This document shows, piece after piece, positions 63,391 to 64,000 of a DNA stretch of 64,000 nt. The notes below the pieces were generated by a model. The model was not told the DNA's origin. It made no database searches and saw only the letters and a list, made by a program, of their open reading frames with translations. Position 1 is the stretch's first letter. Every line of letters starts with the position of its first letter. Origin of the DNA: Entomortierella parvispora E1425. Lineage: Eukaryota > Fungi > Mortierellomycota. A program made the translations under genes and the position numbers. The stretch is from assembly GCA_020891255.1 (NCBI GenBank), contig BQFW01000002.1, forward strand, positions 1,364,001 to 1,428,000, in the 5' to 3' direction.

Positions 63391-64000
63391 TTGTATCGCA
63401 GTGCAGTAAGGACAGATCTCATCCTTTGACTCGGTCTCGACTCGGCTCTTCCACGCAACACCGTTCCCTTTCCTTTCCCTCATCTCTTCTCTTGTTCTCT
63501 GTTTTCTTGTTCTCCTTTCTTTTGTGCTCGCTGCCTGTGCTCTTGTAACCAGACCTGCTGCTGCCTCTCTTGTTCCAGCCCACTGGGCCCACGTTGCATT
63601 CGCTGAACTCAAAACGCTGACAAATGAGCGCTCTTCTTCTTTCGGGTCCAGTCCTTGCGCCCCCATGCTGTTTATTTCTTCATTTGTTGCTATCGACTTT
63701 ATATTTTTCAACGGCCGTCCGTTGTGTACCCATGGTGCTTGTGCGCAGAATCATTGTCCCTTGGTAAAGAAATTGCTTCTTTTTTCTTTTTTTTTTTCTA
63801 CTCATTTTTTTTTTTTTTTTTTTTTTTTTACCAGACATATCGCATGTCAATCAGCTCTGTCCTCAGTCTCTCGTCCAAACCCTCAAGCGGGGTTGGTGGC
63901 ACACTGCTCTCGAACGATTGCCGTGACAGACTCTGGCGAGCCTGACGAGCCGCCCTGGACTTTTGAACTTCCATTCGTCGGGCCATGTTGAACTGGTACT

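Overview
Intron-rich, roughly 50% GC fungal genomic DNA. The CotH gene, Tsp2-type tetraspanin, long A/T homopolymers and codon style point to Mucoromycota/Mortierellomycota, probably Mortierellaceae (inference). I assembled about 21 spliced genes by hand from GT-AG introns. Housekeeping genes: RPS31-type UBL-eS31 fusion, DHR1/DHX37 helicase, SNO/PdxT, PUP3/PSMB3, MRS2, TEN1 and a SERCA-type Ca-ATPase. Cell-surface genes: GH17 glucanase, tetraspanin, Cps1-like GT2 and GPI-anchored CotH. No rRNA, tRNA, CRISPR array or transposon was recognised. The most unusual items are: (1) a secreted, very basic histidine-brace (LPMO-like) protein that I could not assign to a named AA family; (2) a large Fe-S-staple Cas4/RecB-type nuclease + SF1B helicase fusion with bacterial TM0106-like architecture; (3) an eS31 gene whose 'ubiquitin' has degenerated into a FUBI-like UBL; (4) a TEN1 carrying a long acidic insertion with clustered SUMO-interacting-like motifs; (5) a tandem pair of Eis-like GNAT acetyltransferases of bacterial appearance. 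All family calls come from motif recognition, not database searches. Exon boundaries are hand-derived and may be off by a few bases.
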